Positions 47,363 through 57,316 of a DNA stretch of 64,000 nt are shown piece by piece. This DNA comes from Candidatus Nitrosopumilus limneticus (GTDB taxonomy: Archaea; Thermoproteota; Nitrososphaeria; Nitrososphaerales; Nitrosopumilaceae): positions 7,544 through 71,543 of the forward strand of contig JAHCGZ010000005.1 in the NCBI GenBank assembly GCA_022117465.1, read 5' to 3'. A program made the translations under genes and the position numbers. Numbering within the stretch: position 1 is the stretch's first letter; every line of letters begins with the position of its first letter. The notes under the pieces were generated by a model. The model had not been told where the DNA came from. It did not search any database and saw only the letters and a list, made by a program, of their open reading frames with translations.

Positions 47363-48013
47363 ATGTTAAGTAATTCATGGAATAAAACACAGGGAGAAAG
47401 CATATCTCATAGATTAATGAGTAAAGTAAAGCCAGATGAGCCAATAAAAAACAAGATTGATTTTGCACAAAAACAATTACAATTACAAATTTCCAAGTTA
47501 TCAGGAATCAATGAAAAATTAACAGCAAAACATGATGAATTATTTAATAAAATAGTTGATGCACAAAGAAACAACAAACCGGTTTATGCACAAGCATATG
47601 CGGGAGAATTAACTCAAGTTAGAAAAATGAAAAACATGGTCAGTGGAGCAAAATTATCAATGGAGCAAGTAAAATTAAGATTAGATACAGTTTCAGAACT
47701 TGGAGATATAGTAGTTACATTAAGTCCATGTATGTCAATAATTAAAGGATTAAGCCCATCTCTAACTGGACTTATGCCAGAAGCAGGTTTAGCAATGCAA
47801 GACTTGTCAATGATACTTGGAGATGTAATGTCAGGATCATCTGTAGGAATGAATAATACATTTACTACAAACACTGAAACCAATTCAGATACACTTGCAA
47901 TATTAGAGGAAGCTCATGGCATTATTGCAGGACAAACAGAATCAGCAATTCCAGACATTCCATCTGAATTAAGACAGCATGTATCTCAAAGAAGAACAGA
48001 TATTTTCATTTAG
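47363..48013 (+). CDS. cdvB: ESCRT-III (Snf7-like) cell division protein
   Basis: Helical hairpin, AYAGELTQVRKM, EQVKLRLDT, ILEEA; acidic Pro-containing tail. Confidence 0.85.
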   Translation: MLSNSWNKTQGESISHRLMSKVKPDEPIKNKIDFAQKQLQLQISKLSGINEKLTAKHDELFNKIVDAQRNNKPVYAQAYAGELTQVRKMKNMVSGAKLSMEQVKLRLDTVSELGDIVVTLSPCMSIIKGLSPSLTGLMPEAGLAMQDLSMILGDVMSGSSVGMNNTFTTNTETNSDTLAILEEAHGIIAGQTESAIPDIPSELRQHVSQRRTDIFI

Positions 48014-48347
48014 ATTTTTTCTTACTCTTTTGAATTAGGATTTTTTTAATTCTTGATATTGTAGGATAACTGTATCCTCTTCGTCTGTAATTTGAAATCA
48101 TCATTTTCCAGTTCTTTAATCTCCATTGAGCTTGTTCAGTTGTAACTGAATGTACTTCTTTTTGAACCATACTTTTTCGTCCAACTTTTAAAGTTCCTGC
48201 ATCCTTTGCAGTCCATCTACTTTGTGCAAATTTAAGACCACTAAGAATTTCCGTGATTGGCATGTCTTTAAAATATTCTTTTAATTTTTTTAATTCAAGA
48301 TCTGTAACTTTTGTTAAAATTGGTAGTTCTACGGTAAACTTTTCCAT
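48006..48347 (-). CDS. Basic hypothetical protein
   Basis: 113-aa ORF. Confidence 0.7.
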   Translation of the reverse strand: MEKFTVELPILTKVTDLELKKLKEYFKDMPITEILSGLKFAQSRWTAKDAGTLKVGRKSMVQKEVHSVTTEQAQWRLKNWKMMISNYRRRGYSYPTISRIKKILIQKSKKKSK

Positions 48348-48472
48348 ACGATTTCTAAAATAACATAGTTTAAGAATTTTGAAGATCTAGTATTACGTAC
48401 ACTAGTTTGAACATATTTGTAAGTTAATTCTTCAAGAATGACTTTTTTTACTACTAATTATACAAAATTGAT

Positions 48473-48661
48473 ATGGTTAACTCAAATCAAGAATCAGATA
48501 AATTTGAAACAATATCGATTGAATCAAAAATTAGAGAAGGAGTTTTTCATAAAGTTGTAAAGAATATTGAAACTGGAAAGGCTGTATCTTGTTCTTGTAA
48601 ATGTTGGAGTAAAGGGAACAAACCATGTTATGGTATGAAAACTATTGGTTATGAAAGTTAA
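48473..48661 (+). CDS. SWIM-like Zn-finger small protein
   Basis: SCSCKC.....PC. Confidence 0.55.
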   Translation: MVNSNQESDKFETISIESKIREGVFHKVVKNIETGKAVSCSCKCWSKGNKPCYGMKTIGYES

Positions 48662-48691
48662 TTTTTTTTCTTTTTTTAAAGGAAATAAACA

Positions 48692-49290
48692 ATGACACTA
48701 TTAAAAAATGCAGAATTATTTGCAAAGGCTAAACATGCAGGTAAACTGAAAAAAAGTGGTACAACATATTCAAATCATTTAGAAAATGTAGTAAGTAGGC
48801 TCAAAAGTTTAGGAGTAATTGATGAGGAAGTACTTTGTGCCGCATGGTTACATGATATTTTAGAAGATACAGATACAAGTTTTGATGAATTATTTGAAAA
48901 ATTTGGAAGAAGAATAGCAGTAATGATATTATCATTAACAAAAACTAAATTTGTTATAGATACAGATGATGATTCAACTTTATCATTAACAAAAAAAAGA
49001 GCGATACCAGAAAAACAAAGAGAAAAAGAGTATGCAATAAAAATTAAAGAATCAGATATAGAAGCAAAACTAATTAAATTATGTGACATTTCTGCAAATT
49101 TGAGCGATTTAAAAAAACAGACAATATCTAAAACCAAAAAAGAAAGATTCTTAAAAAATTTAGACATTATATTTCAATAATTGAAAAGGATCTAAAAGAG
49201 AATACAGAATATCCAAAAACAATTATGTTATTAGAAACAATAAATGAAAGCCTAAAAATTCAAACTCAAAATGGAATTAAAATCAAGTAA
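48692..49290 (+). CDS. RelA/SpoT-type HD hydrolase (Mesh1/small alarmone hydrolase-like) with an apparent 1-nt deletion at 49136-49141
   Basis: AKAKHAG..K.SG..Y..H, AAWLHDILEDT, KLIKLCD..ANL. Confidence 0.8.
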
Positions 49291-49471
49291 ATCAAAATAA
49301 AATAAAGTTATTTGCAAATACATATAAAAAATTTAATTTTGAATAAAGATAAATAATAGAAAATTTTCACAAAGGTATGAATTTAAAGAAAAGTCTTGCA
49401 AAGTTTTGCATTATGAAAAAAGTAAGAGACAAAGCTAACGAGCCAGAAGAAAAATAAGTTATTTTTTATTA

Positions 49472-49591
49472 CTAACAGCCTATAGGGATATTTGCATTTT
49501 TACATACTGTGTTAAAAATTCCAAATCCAAAGATTATGGATGCAAAAATTGCTAATGGAACCAATATCAAAATATTTGTTTTACGTCCCAT
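49472..49591 (-). CDS. 39-aa single-TM micro-protein with a C-terminal Cys pair
   Basis: MGRKTNILILVPLAIFASIIFGFGIFNTVCKNANIPIGC, translated by hand. Confidence 0.45.
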   Translation of the reverse strand: MGRKTNILILVPLAIFASIIFGFGIFNTVCKNANIPIGC

Positions 49592-49632
49592 AAAAAATCA
49601 AAATGAATGGCAGTATAAAGTTGTGACAGTAT

Positions 49633-50049
49633 TTAATCAACTGTAATAATTAGAAGTCCTTTTGTTTTTGGATTTTGTAACTTTGAAATCATTTCTCTAG
49701 GCACTAAATTGGATGCCTTATCACATTTAACAGACAAGGTCCTTGGGCATGTAAAATCACTTTTTCTTAGTACAATATCTTCATTATGTGTTAAAGTTAA
49801 ATTTGCATTACCTTTTCCTTCCAAAGTAAATTCATCATCTCCGACTTTGATTAAAAAATGAATGTTAGTTTCAGAATTTTTTAATTTGTCTTTTAATTTT
49901 TCAGGTAAAGTGGCACAAGAAAAATTAGCATTTACACCAATGATACAATCACCTCGAGTGGTTAGATGAGAATCTTTTGTAATTTCTATTGTTTTTGTAT
50001 GATTTGATCTGATATTTTCATGGCCAAAAAATTCAATTTCGTATCTCAC
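49633..50049 (-). CDS. DUF371 family protein
   Basis: GHENIRSNH.KTIEITKD.HLT.RGDCIIGV. Confidence 0.85.
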   Translation of the reverse strand: MRYEIEFFGHENIRSNHTKTIEITKDSHLTTRGDCIIGVNANFSCATLPEKLKDKLKNSETNIHFLIKVGDDEFTLEGKGNANLTLTHNEDIVLRKSDFTCPRTLSVKCDKASNLVPREMISKLQNPKTKGLLIITVD

Positions 50050-50101
50050 GCTATATGAAATAGGCTAGACTTAAATTAATCCTTCATAGCATTTTGATTA
50101 A

Positions 50102-50839
50102 ATGCTTCCTGCACAACAAGGTTATGATCGGGCAATTACAGTATTTTCACCTGACGGCAGATTATACCAAGTAGAATATGCAATTGAAACAGTAAGAAGA
50201 GGATCAATTGCAGTAGGAGTAAAGTGTAAAGATGGAATTGTCATAGCAGTTGAAGAAAAACCTAGAAAATTGCAAGTTTCTGAAATAGCACAAAAAATAT
50301 TTCAAATTGATGATCATGTAGGAGTTGCAGCAGCAGGATACATTCCAGATGCAAGAAGTCAAGTAGATAATGCAAGATTCTTTTCTCAAAGTAATAAAAT
50401 GATTTATGATGAATCTGTAGAAGTTGAAACAATTGCAAAACATTTAGCTGATCAATGTCAACAATATACTCAGTATGCAGGAGTTAGACCATACGGAGTA
50501 GCTTTAATTTTAGGAGGAGTTGTAAACAAAAAACCTCAATTATACCTAACAGATCCTAGTGGAACATACATCTCATATGATGCAATAGCAATTGGCTCAG
50601 GTTCAGATGTCGTAACTGACTTTTTAGAAAAAACATACAAGGATAATCTAACATTAGATGAAGCATCAGTTTTAGCATCTGCAGGAATATACCTATCAAG
50701 TGAAGACAAGGAAGGAACTGGTCACATTAGAATGGCACATATTAAAACTGAAACTGGCATGTATGAATTAGTTTCAAATCAAAAAATTGTAAGTTATGCA
50801 AATTCTGCAAAAGAAAAATATCCACAAGATAAGAAATAA
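50102..50839 (+). CDS. psmA: Proteasome subunit alpha
   Basis: YDRAITVFSPDGRLYQVEYA, RPYGV, TDPSG. Confidence 0.96.
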   Translation: MLPAQQGYDRAITVFSPDGRLYQVEYAIETVRRGSIAVGVKCKDGIVIAVEEKPRKLQVSEIAQKIFQIDDHVGVAAAGYIPDARSQVDNARFFSQSNKMIYDESVEVETIAKHLADQCQQYTQYAGVRPYGVALILGGVVNKKPQLYLTDPSGTYISYDAIAIGSGSDVVTDFLEKTYKDNLTLDEASVLASAGIYLSSEDKEGTGHIRMAHIKTETGMYELVSNQKIVSYANSAKEKYPQDKK

Positions 50840-50871
50840 TTAATTATAATTACCTGTGAGATTGAATTACA

Positions 50872-51684
50872 TTGAAAATATCTGTTGCAATTCCCACATC
50901 TTCACTACAAGATGAATCATTAAAGATAGATAAAACACGAAAGATTTCTGTTTTAGCAAGAGCGTGTGCAATTTTTCAAATAGAAACAATCTACGTGTAT
51001 CAAGAAGGGAATAATGGATCAGATGGGAATTTCATAACCTTAATTTTAAGATATTTAGAAACACCACAATTTCTACGAAGAAGATTGTTTCAAAAAGTAA
51101 ACGATTTAAAATTTGCAGGAGTGTTGCAACCATTAAAAATTCCAAGTCATAACACACCAACAAATGCAAAGAACATAGTTGTAGGAGACATTAGAGAAGG
51201 AGTTGTTGTAATAGTCAAAGGTAAAAAATTTGTTGACGTAGGAATTAATCAACTAATTCAATTTTACGGCAAAACCCCAACAGGTAAAAGAATAACAATT
51301 CAGTTTAAAGAAGGATATCCAAAATTATCAGTCAAAGAAATTGAAAAACCAGAATCCAAGACATATTGGGGATACGACGTAAAAGAAAGAGCAAATTTAT
51401 TTTCTTTACTATCAGAATGGAAGGGAAATATAATCATAACATCTAGAAAAGGCAAAACGGTTACAAAAGAACAATTAGAAAAATATACAAAATCAGATGA
51501 AGCATTATTGGTTGTTTTTGGGTCTCCAGAAAAAGGCGTTCATGAAATTATTGGTGGAAAAATGAATAAAGTACAAAATTCAAAATCGATAAATTTTTTC
51601 CCAAACCAAGCAACCGAAACAGTACGTCTTGAGGAGGCATTACTTGGAACATTGGCTATCATTAATGCTCAAAGAGTATCATAA
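50872..51684 (+). CDS. SPOUT-family RNA methyltransferase (DUF171/SPOUT1-like)
   Basis: RACAIF, YLETPQFLR, FAGVLQPL..P.H, NQATETVRLEEA. Confidence 0.88.
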   Translation: MKISVAIPTSSLQDESLKIDKTRKISVLARACAIFQIETIYVYQEGNNGSDGNFITLILRYLETPQFLRRRLFQKVNDLKFAGVLQPLKIPSHNTPTNAKNIVVGDIREGVVVIVKGKKFVDVGINQLIQFYGKTPTGKRITIQFKEGYPKLSVKEIEKPESKTYWGYDVKERANLFSLLSEWKGNIIITSRKGKTVTKEQLEKYTKSDEALLVVFGSPEKGVHEIIGGKMNKVQNSKSINFFPNQATETVRLEEALLGTLAIINAQRVS

Positions 51685-51686
51685 AA

Positions 51687-51794
51687 ATGGCAGAAAGAAA
51701 AAATTTCCTAATATTTGCAATGGGAATAGGAATCATGGGCGCAATAATAGGAGCCATAACTATTATGAATATTATTTCAGATGCACTGAAATAA
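51687..51794 (+). CDS. 35-aa single-TM micro-protein
   Basis: MAERKNFLIFAMGIGIMGAIIGAITIMNIISDALK, translated by hand. Confidence 0.45.
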   Translation: MAERKNFLIFAMGIGIMGAIIGAITIMNIISDALK

Positions 51795-51810
51795 AAATAA
51801 TTTCAGTAAT

Positions 51811-51844
51811 GATGGTTAACCACAATATTTTAGATGGTTAACCA
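51811..51844. promoter_or_regulatory. Tandem GATGGTTAACCA boxes, period 22 bp, upstream of the ribosomal protein operon
   Basis: Two exact 12-mers, each containing the palindrome TGGTTAACCA; TTTAATA at 51857-51863. Confidence 0.65.
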
Positions 51845-51889
51845 TAACTAATAGGGTTTAATAGAGGGAATTCGAGATTCGATTTAACA

Positions 51890-52885
51890 ATGGGAGCTAG
51901 AAAACGACATCAACCACGTAGAGGTAGTTTAGCATATTCAAGAAGAATGCGCGCAAAATCTATGGAGGCAAGAATTAGAGCATGGCCAAGTAGATCAGCA
52001 ACTGACGAGCCAAAAATTTTAGCTCATTGCGGTTTCAAAGCTGGTTGTGTACAAATAGTAAGTATTGATGATCGTGAAAAAACTCCTAATGCAGGAAAAC
52101 AATTAGTTAGTTTGGGAACAGTTTTGGTAACACCACCAGTATTAATTTTAGGTATTAGAGGATATTCAAAAGACTATGATGGAATTCATGCAGAATTTGA
52201 CGTGTATGCAGAAGATATTCCAAAATATATTTCAAAAGAAATGACATTCAAAAATAAAGAGGGTGCATTAGAAAATGCAGAAAAGGGATTGAAGAAAATA
52301 AAAGAAATATTTGCCATAGTTGCAATATCACCAAGTGCCGCAGGTCTTGAAATGAAAAAACCATATATTTTTGAAGCAATGGTTAGTGGAGGAGATATTC
52401 AAAAACAATTTCAACATGTCAAAGAATCATTAGGAAAAGAAATTAAAATTGATCAAATTTTTGAAACAGGATCTACAGTAGATGTTGCAGCAATTACAAA
52501 AGGTCACGGATGGCAAGGTGTAATGAGAAGATGGGGAGTTAAGAAAAAACAACACAAGTCTAGAAAGACAGTTAGAGAAGTCGGTTCATTAGGTCCAATT
52601 TCACCAGGATCTATCATGTATACAGTCCCAAGAGCAGGACAAACAGGTTTCCATCAAAGAATTGAATATGACAAAAGAATTATGGTAATGGGTAACACAG
52701 ATAACAATAAATTAAAAATTAATCCCGATGGAGGATTCAAACACTTTGGTTTAGTTAAAGGTGATTTTATTATTTTGAAAGGTTCAGTACCAGGAACATA
52801 CAAAAGATTAATCAAAATGAGAAGTCAAATTAGAAATGCACCACCTAAAGTAATTAAACCAAATATTTTGGAGATAGTAATATAA
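51890..52885 (+). CDS. rpl3: 50S ribosomal protein L3
   Basis: PRRGSLAY, GFKAG, TKGHGWQG, GFHQR. Confidence 0.97.
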   Translation: MGARKRHQPRRGSLAYSRRMRAKSMEARIRAWPSRSATDEPKILAHCGFKAGCVQIVSIDDREKTPNAGKQLVSLGTVLVTPPVLILGIRGYSKDYDGIHAEFDVYAEDIPKYISKEMTFKNKEGALENAEKGLKKIKEIFAIVAISPSAAGLEMKKPYIFEAMVSGGDIQKQFQHVKESLGKEIKIDQIFETGSTVDVAAITKGHGWQGVMRRWGVKKKQHKSRKTVREVGSLGPISPGSIMYTVPRAGQTGFHQRIEYDKRIMVMGNTDNNKLKINPDGGFKHFGLVKGDFIILKGSVPGTYKRLIKMRSQIRNAPPKVIKPNILEIVI

Positions 52886-53697
52886 TGAAAGTTACAACTT
52901 TTACAACTGCAGGAACAAAAGATGGAGAAATGGAACTTCCATTAATTTTCTCAACACCATTTAGAAGAGATTTGATTCATAAAGCTTGGACCAACATAAC
53001 ATCACACAAATTCCAACCTCAAGGAAGACATCCAAGTGCAGGTCAAGATGTTGTTGCAGATTCAAACGATCCACCAACAGGTCAAGGCGTAGCACGTGTT
53101 GCCAGAAGTAGAGGTGGTGGCGGTGGACGACAAGGTCAAGGTGCAGAAGTTGCATCAACAAGAGGAGGAAGACAAGCACATCCACCAATTGTAGGTAAAG
53201 TAATTTACAAAAAATTAAACAAAAAAGAAAATAAACTTGCATTATGTTCGGCAATTGCAGCCACAGCATCAAAAGATCTCATAAAAGCTAGAGGTCATAA
53301 AATTCAAGGCATAGAATCATTTCCAATAATAGTTTCAAATGATATTGAATCCATTTCTAAAACAAGTGATATTTTAAAAATATTAGATGCATTGAACTTA
53401 ACACAAGATACAAAGAGATTAGAATCAAGAAAATCCCGTTCTGGACAAGCAAGACTAAGAGGAAGAAGTAAGAAAGTAGGAAAAAGTGTTTTAATTGTTA
53501 CAAAAGAACCAGCAAAAATTTCAAAAGCAATTAGTGCCTTACCAGGAGTGGAAGTTAGAGGAGTAAAAGACTTGAGTGTCATAGATTTAGCTCCAGGTTC
53601 ACATCCAATAAGATTAACAGTATACTCAAAATCAGCAATAGAAGAAATTGCAAAAATTAAATCAACACATCTAGAATTAATGGTGAAATTACAATGA
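52885..53697 (+). CDS. rpl4: 50S ribosomal protein L4
   Basis: TGQGVARVAR, TRGGRQAHPP, LAPG. Confidence 0.96.
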   Translation: MKVTTFTTAGTKDGEMELPLIFSTPFRRDLIHKAWTNITSHKFQPQGRHPSAGQDVVADSNDPPTGQGVARVARSRGGGGGRQGQGAEVASTRGGRQAHPPIVGKVIYKKLNKKENKLALCSAIAATASKDLIKARGHKIQGIESFPIIVSNDIESISKTSDILKILDALNLTQDTKRLESRKSRSGQARLRGRSKKVGKSVLIVTKEPAKISKAISALPGVEVRGVKDLSVIDLAPGSHPIRLTVYSKSAIEEIAKIKSTHLELMVKLQ

Positions 53698-53960
53698 ATG
53701 TAGAGCAAGCAATGAAAATCATTTTGAAACCATACATCACAGAAAAAACATTTGCAATGATTGAAAATGAAAATAAAATTTGTTTCATTGTAGAATTAAA
53801 TGCAAAAAAGCCACAAATTCTGGAAGCTGTAACTACACTTTACAATCAAAAAGCTATCAAAGTAAACACTGCAAGAACAATTTATGGCAAAAAGGCATTT
53901 GTTAAATTTGAAAGTACTGAAAAAGCAAGAGATCTTGCAACAAAAATAGGAATGCTCTAA
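53694..53960 (+). CDS. rpl23: 50S ribosomal protein L23
   Basis: PYITEK, KVNT, KKAFVK. Confidence 0.95.
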   Translation: MNVEQAMKIILKPYITEKTFAMIENENKICFIVELNAKKPQILEAVTTLYNQKAIKVNTARTIYGKKAFVKFESTEKARDLATKIGML

Positions 53961-54004
53961 TATGGACTATAAAAATCGAAGTACGTTAAAAGTGGAGAAA
54001 AAAA

Positions 54005-54400
54005 ATGGTTAAAGAATTTGAATATAGAGGATTATCTAAGGAAGCACTAGATAATACATCATTAGAAAAATTATTCTTATTATTTAATTCAAGACAACGA
54101 AGATCCCTTACAAGAGGAATTACAGATGAAAAAAGAAAGTTAATTGAAGAAATAAAGTCTGCAAAAGCAGGTAAATTAAAAACCCCTATCAAAACTCACC
54201 GAAGAGATTTGATAATTCTACCATACATGATTGGCGTCACAGTAAATGTTTTCTCAGGAAAAGAATTTCGTCCAGTAAATATTAAAACTGAAATGGTTGG
54301 CCGATATTTGGGAGAATATGTCATAACAAACAAAAAGGTTCAACATGGCGCACCAGGTGTAGGCGCATCAAGATCCAGCCTTTACGTACCATTAAAGTGA
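54005..54400 (+). CDS. rps19: 30S ribosomal protein S19
   Basis: KTHRRD, EMVGRYLGE, GASRSS. Confidence 0.96.
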   Translation: MVKEFEYRGLSKEALDNTSLEKLFLLFNSRQRRSLTRGITDEKRKLIEEIKSAKAGKLKTPIKTHRRDLIILPYMIGVTVNVFSGKEFRPVNIKTEMVGRYLGEYVITNKKVQHGAPGVGASRSSLYVPLK

Positions 54401-54405
54401 TTATT

Positions 54406-54864
54406 ATGGGTAGATTCAATTATGCTTTCCAAAATTATGATGCAACTAGACATGTTAGATCATCAGTTAGAGAAAAAGACATTTCACCTAAAGATGCACG
54501 AGAAGTTGCAGTTGCAATCAAAGGATTGTCAATTGAAAAAGCAAGAAATTTCTTACTTGCAGTAATTGATAAAAAAAGAGCAATTCCTTTTAGAAGATAC
54601 AAAAGTCAAGTTGCACACAGATCTGATCCGGGAGTAATGGCAGGTCGTTATCCACAAAAAACTGCAAAAGAGTTTATCAAAGTATTAGATAATTTAGAAT
54701 CAAATGCAGAATACAAAGGAATGGACTTGGATAGATTAAGAATAGTAAACGCAACAGTACACAAAGGAGTTATTGTAAAAAGATTTACGCCAAGAGCAAT
54801 GGGTAGAGCAACTCCAAAAAATAATGTATTGACACATGTAGAATTGGTGGCACAGGAGATTTAG
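54406..54864 (+). CDS. rpl22: 50S ribosomal protein L22
   Basis: [21 protein letters not shown]; ATG at 54406 preferred. Confidence 0.95.
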   Translation: MGRFNYAFQNYDATRHVRSSVREKDISPKDAREVAVAIKGLSIEKARNFLLAVIDKKRAIPFRRYKSQVAHRSDPGVMAGRYPQKTAKEFIKVLDNLESNAEYKGMDLDRLRIVNATVHKGVIVKRFTPRAMGRATPKNNVLTHVELVAQEI

Positions 54865-54866
54865 AA

Positions 54867-55658
54867 ATGGGTGCAGTTAGAAATGTAATTAAAGACAACT
54901 ACAACATGATGTTGTTAAAAGATTATCTAAGAGAGCAAATTAAAGATGCAGGATTTTCACATGCAGAAATATCAAAGACACCATTAGGTACCAGAGTAAC
55001 ATTAAACGTAACCAGACCAGGAATTGTCATAGGAAGAAAAGGTTCAGGTATCAGAGAACTTACAGAGAAACTTGCAACAGAGTTTGGATTAAAAAATCCA
55101 CAAATATCAGTTAATGAAATTGAAAAACCAGATTTGTCACCTAGTGTAATGTGTAATAGAATGGCTTCTCATTTAGAAAGAGGAACAGCTTTTAGACGTG
55201 CAACAATGTGGACAATGAAGCAAATTATGGAAAGTGGTGCAATGGGAGTTCAAATTACAATTTCAGGAAAACTTAGAGGTGACCGTTCAGCATTTGAAAA
55301 ACATGCAGCAGGAATTTTACCAAGAGCAGGACATCATGCAGAGGTAATAGTAGATGAAGATATTGCTCATGTACAAACTGCAATGGGATTAATTGGAGTT
55401 AGAATTAGAATTGCAATAAAAGAAAAATTAATTCCAGAATTTTCATTAATCAAAAAAGTTGAAGCCAAAAAGAAGATTGAAGTCAAACCAATAAAGAATG
55501 TTGAAGAAGTTAAAATTGATGGAGATATGAAAATTGAAGTTATCAAAGTTGCTGGAGGATCAAATAAAGCAAAATCAGAATCAGAACAAATTGCAATTGA
55601 AGCAGAGAAAATGAAATCAATTGATACATTAGAAGAAGATGAGGCAAGTATGAAATGA
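54867..55658 (+). CDS. rps3: 30S ribosomal protein S3 with a charged C-terminal extension
   Basis: [21 protein letters not shown]. Confidence 0.96.
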   Translation: MGAVRNVIKDNYNMMLLKDYLREQIKDAGFSHAEISKTPLGTRVTLNVTRPGIVIGRKGSGIRELTEKLATEFGLKNPQISVNEIEKPDLSPSVMCNRMASHLERGTAFRRATMWTMKQIMESGAMGVQITISGKLRGDRSAFEKHAAGILPRAGHHAEVIVDEDIAHVQTAMGLIGVRIRIAIKEKLIPEFSLIKKVEAKKKIEVKPIKNVEEVKIDGDMKIEVIKVAGGSNKAKSESEQIAIEAEKMKSIDTLEEDEASMK

Positions 55659-55861
55659 CCAAGATAAGCATGAAGACAGTTAGAAATTTAAATGAAAAAG
55701 ATCTTAGAAGTAAGTTATTAGATAGTAGAACAGATTTAGCAAAACTTCGAGTGGATTCCTCAAAAGGTACATTAAGAAAAGAAAGTGGTAAACTAAAATC
55801 AATACGTCACAATATTGCAAGAATGCTAACTAGATTAAATGAAATGGAGAAAAAGAAATGA
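55655..55861 (+). CDS. rpl29: 50S ribosomal protein L29
   Basis: Position after S3; [10 protein letters not shown]. Confidence 0.92.
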   Translation: MTKISMKTVRNLNEKDLRSKLLDSRTDLAKLRVDSSKGTLRKESGKLKSIRHNIARMLTRLNEMEKKK

Positions 55862-56124
55862 TTACTGCAGATACAATTACAAGACATGAATTTATTGGAT
55901 TACAGACTCAAATTGTTAATTCCACTAATCACCAGGTTATAGGATTAAATGGAACAATCATTAATGAAACAAAATCGATGTTTACAATAAATACACAAAA
56001 AGGTATGAAAATGATTCCAAAAATAACAAACGAATGGGCATTTACCATCAAAGGTGAAAACTTGATAGTAAAAGGATCATCTATTGCAAAAAGACCAATT
56101 GAAAGAATAGGAGCAAAAGCATGA
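55858..56124 (+). CDS. rnp1: Ribonuclease P protein component 1 (Rpp29/Pop4)
   Basis: HEFIGL, GTIINETK, RP.ERI; canonical position in the cluster. Confidence 0.9.
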   Translation: MITADTITRHEFIGLQTQIVNSTNHQVIGLNGTIINETKSMFTINTQKGMKMIPKITNEWAFTIKGENLIVKGSSIAKRPIERIGAKA

Positions 56125-56450
56125 CTAGAAACATTGGAATTAAAGTAAAAGCACCAAAGGGAGAAGCAAAAGAAGGAGATAAAAAAAATCCATTCAATGG
56201 AACACTATCAATTCGTGGAAAATTATTTGAAGGTACAGTAGTAAAAGCAAAAGGAAAATCTACAGTTGTACTAGAGAAAGAGGATCCAATTTACTTTAGT
56301 AAATATAAAAGATATGCTAGGGGTACAAGTAAAATTCATGCACATGTGCCATCCAACTTGCACGTTAATGAAGGAGACAAAGTTGTTGCAGCAGAGTGTA
56401 GACCACTAGCAAAATCAGTATCATTTGTAGTAATCGAGGTAAAAGAATAA
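56121..56450 (+). CDS. rps17: 30S ribosomal protein S17
   Basis: KYKRY, ECRPLAK. Confidence 0.95.
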   Translation: MTRNIGIKVKAPKGEAKEGDKKNPFNGTLSIRGKLFEGTVVKAKGKSTVVLEKEDPIYFSKYKRYARGTSKIHAHVPSNLHVNEGDKVVAAECRPLAKSVSFVVIEVKE

Positions 56451-56451
56451 C

Positions 56452-56874
56452 ATGGCAAAACAAGCAGGAAAAGGAGTAAAGGAATTCCGTCCTTATGTAA
56501 CAAGATCAATTCCAGTAGGTGCTAACATTGTTTGTGCAGATAATTCAGGTGCTAAAATTTTAGAAGTAATTAATGTTCCAAGACATAAAACAAAATCATC
56601 AAGACTCGCAGCAGGTGCTGTTGGAGACTTTTGTAATGTTGTAGTAAAAAAAGGTCCAGCAGAATTAAGAAAACAAGTTTATGGTGCAGTAATTATTAGA
56701 CAAAAATATGCAATTCACAGATTAAATGGTGTAAGAGTTTGTTTTGAAGATAACGCAGCAGTATTGATTACTCCAGAAGGAGAAACAAAAGGTACTGACA
56801 TCAAAGGACCAGTTGCTGCAGAAGCTACAGAAAAATGGCCAAGAGTAGCTAACTTGGCATCAATGGTGATATAA
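56452..56874 (+). CDS. rpl14: 50S ribosomal protein L14
   Basis: [15 protein letters not shown]. Confidence 0.96.
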   Translation: MAKQAGKGVKEFRPYVTRSIPVGANIVCADNSGAKILEVINVPRHKTKSSRLAAGAVGDFCNVVVKKGPAELRKQVYGAVIIRQKYAIHRLNGVRVCFEDNAAVLITPEGETKGTDIKGPVAAEATEKWPRVANLASMVI

Positions 56875-56875
56875 G

Positions 56876-57316
56876 ATGGTAAAGCCAACTAAAATGCGTA
56901 ATCAAAGGATTTACCAAGCAACCCTCCAAACACGAAGTAAACAAATGGGAAGTTCATTATCAAAAGATTTACAAAAAAAATATGGTAAAAAAAGTGCCAG
57001 AGTTGTTGAAGGTGATACTGTAACAATTCTAAGAGGTGAATTCAAAGGTGTTGATGGTAAAATCGCAAGAATTTCTACACAAAAATCAAGTGTTGCAATT
57101 GATGGAGTAAAAAAAGAAAAAACTAAAGGAGATAAATTTGATGTTTATATTCACACATCAAATCTTGTTATTACTGCATTAAATTCTACAGATAAATGGA
57201 GAATTGCAAAATTAGAGGGCAAAGATCCAAAAAAGCAACCTAAACAAACAGCAACAGAAAACAAAACTGAACCAAAGGTAGAAAAAGAAGTCAAAAAAAA
57301 GGAAGTTGAGAAATAA
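56876..57316 (+). CDS. rpl24: 50S ribosomal protein L24 with a K/E-rich tail
   Basis: [18 protein letters not shown]. Confidence 0.95.
   Translation: MVKPTKMRNQRIYQATLQTRSKQMGSSLSKDLQKKYGKKSARVVEGDTVTILRGEFKGVDGKIARISTQKSSVAIDGVKKEKTKGDKFDVYIHTSNLVITALNSTDKWRIAKLEGKDPKKQPKQTATENKTEPKVEKEVKKKEVEK

Noticed and set aside
53960-54005. Missing rpl2 between rpl23 and rps19, and the operon ending after rpl6
   Set aside because: Splitting of the S10-spc cluster is common in archaea, and to my recollection usual in this lineage; it is not evidence of gene loss from one window.
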